In this document: piece after piece, positions 62,597 to 64,000 of the stretch
How positions within the stretch are numbered: position 1 is the stretch's first letter
How the letters are laid out: every line of letters starts with the position of its first letter
Assembly: GCF_009914755.1 (NCBI RefSeq)
Contig: NC_060934.1
DNA from: the human T2T-CHM13v2.0 reference genome, Homo sapiens
DNA length: 64,000 nt
Direction: 5' to 3' (one strand)
Notes under the pieces: model-generated
Databases searched by the model: none
What the model saw: only the letters and a program-made list of their open reading frames with translations
Told to the model about the DNA's origin: nothing
Made by a program: the position numbers and the translations under genes

Positions 62597-64000
62597 ACAT
62601 TTGGGTTATATACTGAGTTTACAGCTCCACAGTCTCTTCGTGTGGGGAATGAGGAGGTGGAACTAACTCCATGAGCTCTCAGGTTTATATAAGCGTGAAA
62701 GTTTTATGTTTAATACCATTAGGAAGAGCCGTTGTGATTTTGTTAATTTCTTGTTCTTAAAGAAGGATCGAAGCTTTAGAGACATAAACGTGGCTCTCTA
62801 GCCAGGTGAAATGGAAATCTGGAAGTTATTTGGTTAAGAGAATAAATAGGGATGGGTTAGTGGTGTCTCCAGCTGGGCTTGGCTTGTAGATTGGGCAGCT
62901 CACACATGGACAGTGGTTTGATGACTTGTGTACTGGCCAGAGAGAAGGAGGCTGTGTCCTGGTCTGAGACCCAGCAGGTTTGAGGTCTTGTATTTTCTAG
63001 TCTCCATAAATGTTCCCAATGCCATTTCGAGTTACAGTGAGGACTTGGACAGCCCTTTGCATTTAGTTTTGTTTTGTTATTTGAGACTCTGGTGTTTTCT
63101 TCAAGGAGGCTAAATGCTGGGTCTATTGGGTTACCTGTCTAAGGAAACTCCCATTGTTCCAGAATAAAAGAAGGATGAAAAAGTCATGCTTTGACTGCCT
63201 GGCGGCTATCAGGTGCTGCTGGCCCCAGAGGTTATGAGCCAACTGGCATGTCCTGCGCCTCATGCAGGCTCCCACTGTGAGAACCAGCTTTGAAGACCTC
63301 CCACCTAGACCTGCCCGCCATGTAAGAGGTGCGGTGCTGGGTGTCTGCCATGGGCCGGGGAGTGAGGAGAACCATTCTTTCCCACATGAGCTCTGAACCA
63401 ATTGAGAAGTAGGGCTGAGGGGCCAGGCAGGTGGAGATCAAAATGTTAAATTCATTCCTGATAAAAGTTCCATTGGAGGACTGGGGCATGTTTTAATAAA
63501 GGGCTTCCTCACTCTCAACCTCAGAAGCAGTCCGCCTAGCCCCCTGCAGGCTCCTCCTCTGGCCCAGAGGAGAGATGTAGTCTGTGGGCTTCCCACGGGT
63601 TCCCAAGAGAAAGGAGGGAGAAGGAGCTGGGCTGGTGCCCTCCATCCCCTCCTGGCCAGCTGGGTAAGTCTGTTCTCTTGCCTTGGGAGGAGGAAGAGGT
63701 AGGAGGGCCTGGAGGAGATTCCTCTGTAGACATTGGGAACCTGCTCCATCTTCACTCTTGCCCTCTTCTTGGGACCTGGTATCCCCAGGGACCCAGTGCC
63801 CTGGCTCCATTTGAGGATTTCCACCCTGGGGCAGCTCTTTTCCTGTCTCAGCTTCACAGACTAATTTATTTAGAGGGGGCGAGAGAAATGAGATAAATTC
63901 TGATAATAGTGGCACTTAATAAATATTAATTGTCATTCATATACATGATATGCATTTCTTGAACTGGTAAATCTTTCAAAGAATTTATTTTACAATTTCT

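Overview
Primate genomic DNA (human-like; AluY elements imply a catarrhine) that appears entirely non-coding. About 50 Alu elements or fragments (roughly a fifth of the window), 11 LTRs (MER21 x2, MSTA, LTR33, MLT1A, MER77, THE1, MER31, MER41A x2, MER4D), L1, L2 and MIR relics, two DNA-transposon relics (MER82, MER94) and several mini/microsatellites. I recognise no protein-coding exon or RNA gene. The long ORFs are Alu read-throughs or come from the (GAT/GGT)n repeat at 24.9-25.9 kb. Alu, L1 and LTR elements lie mostly on the minus strand, suggesting a large intron of a plus-strand gene that I cannot name. I cannot support a new biological system here. The best observations are mutational scars readable in the sequence: two Alus at equivalent sites of a 73-bp tandem duplication, an Alu-Alu recombination duplication, tail-to-tail inverted Alu pairs with central deletions, a complex templated insertion in a MER4D LTR, a ~36-bp direct repeat flanking a solo LTR, and three independent ERV1 solo LTRs in 3.2 kb. 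Repeat family and subfamily names come from recalled consensus sequences, not a database search; boundaries of old repeats are approximate.
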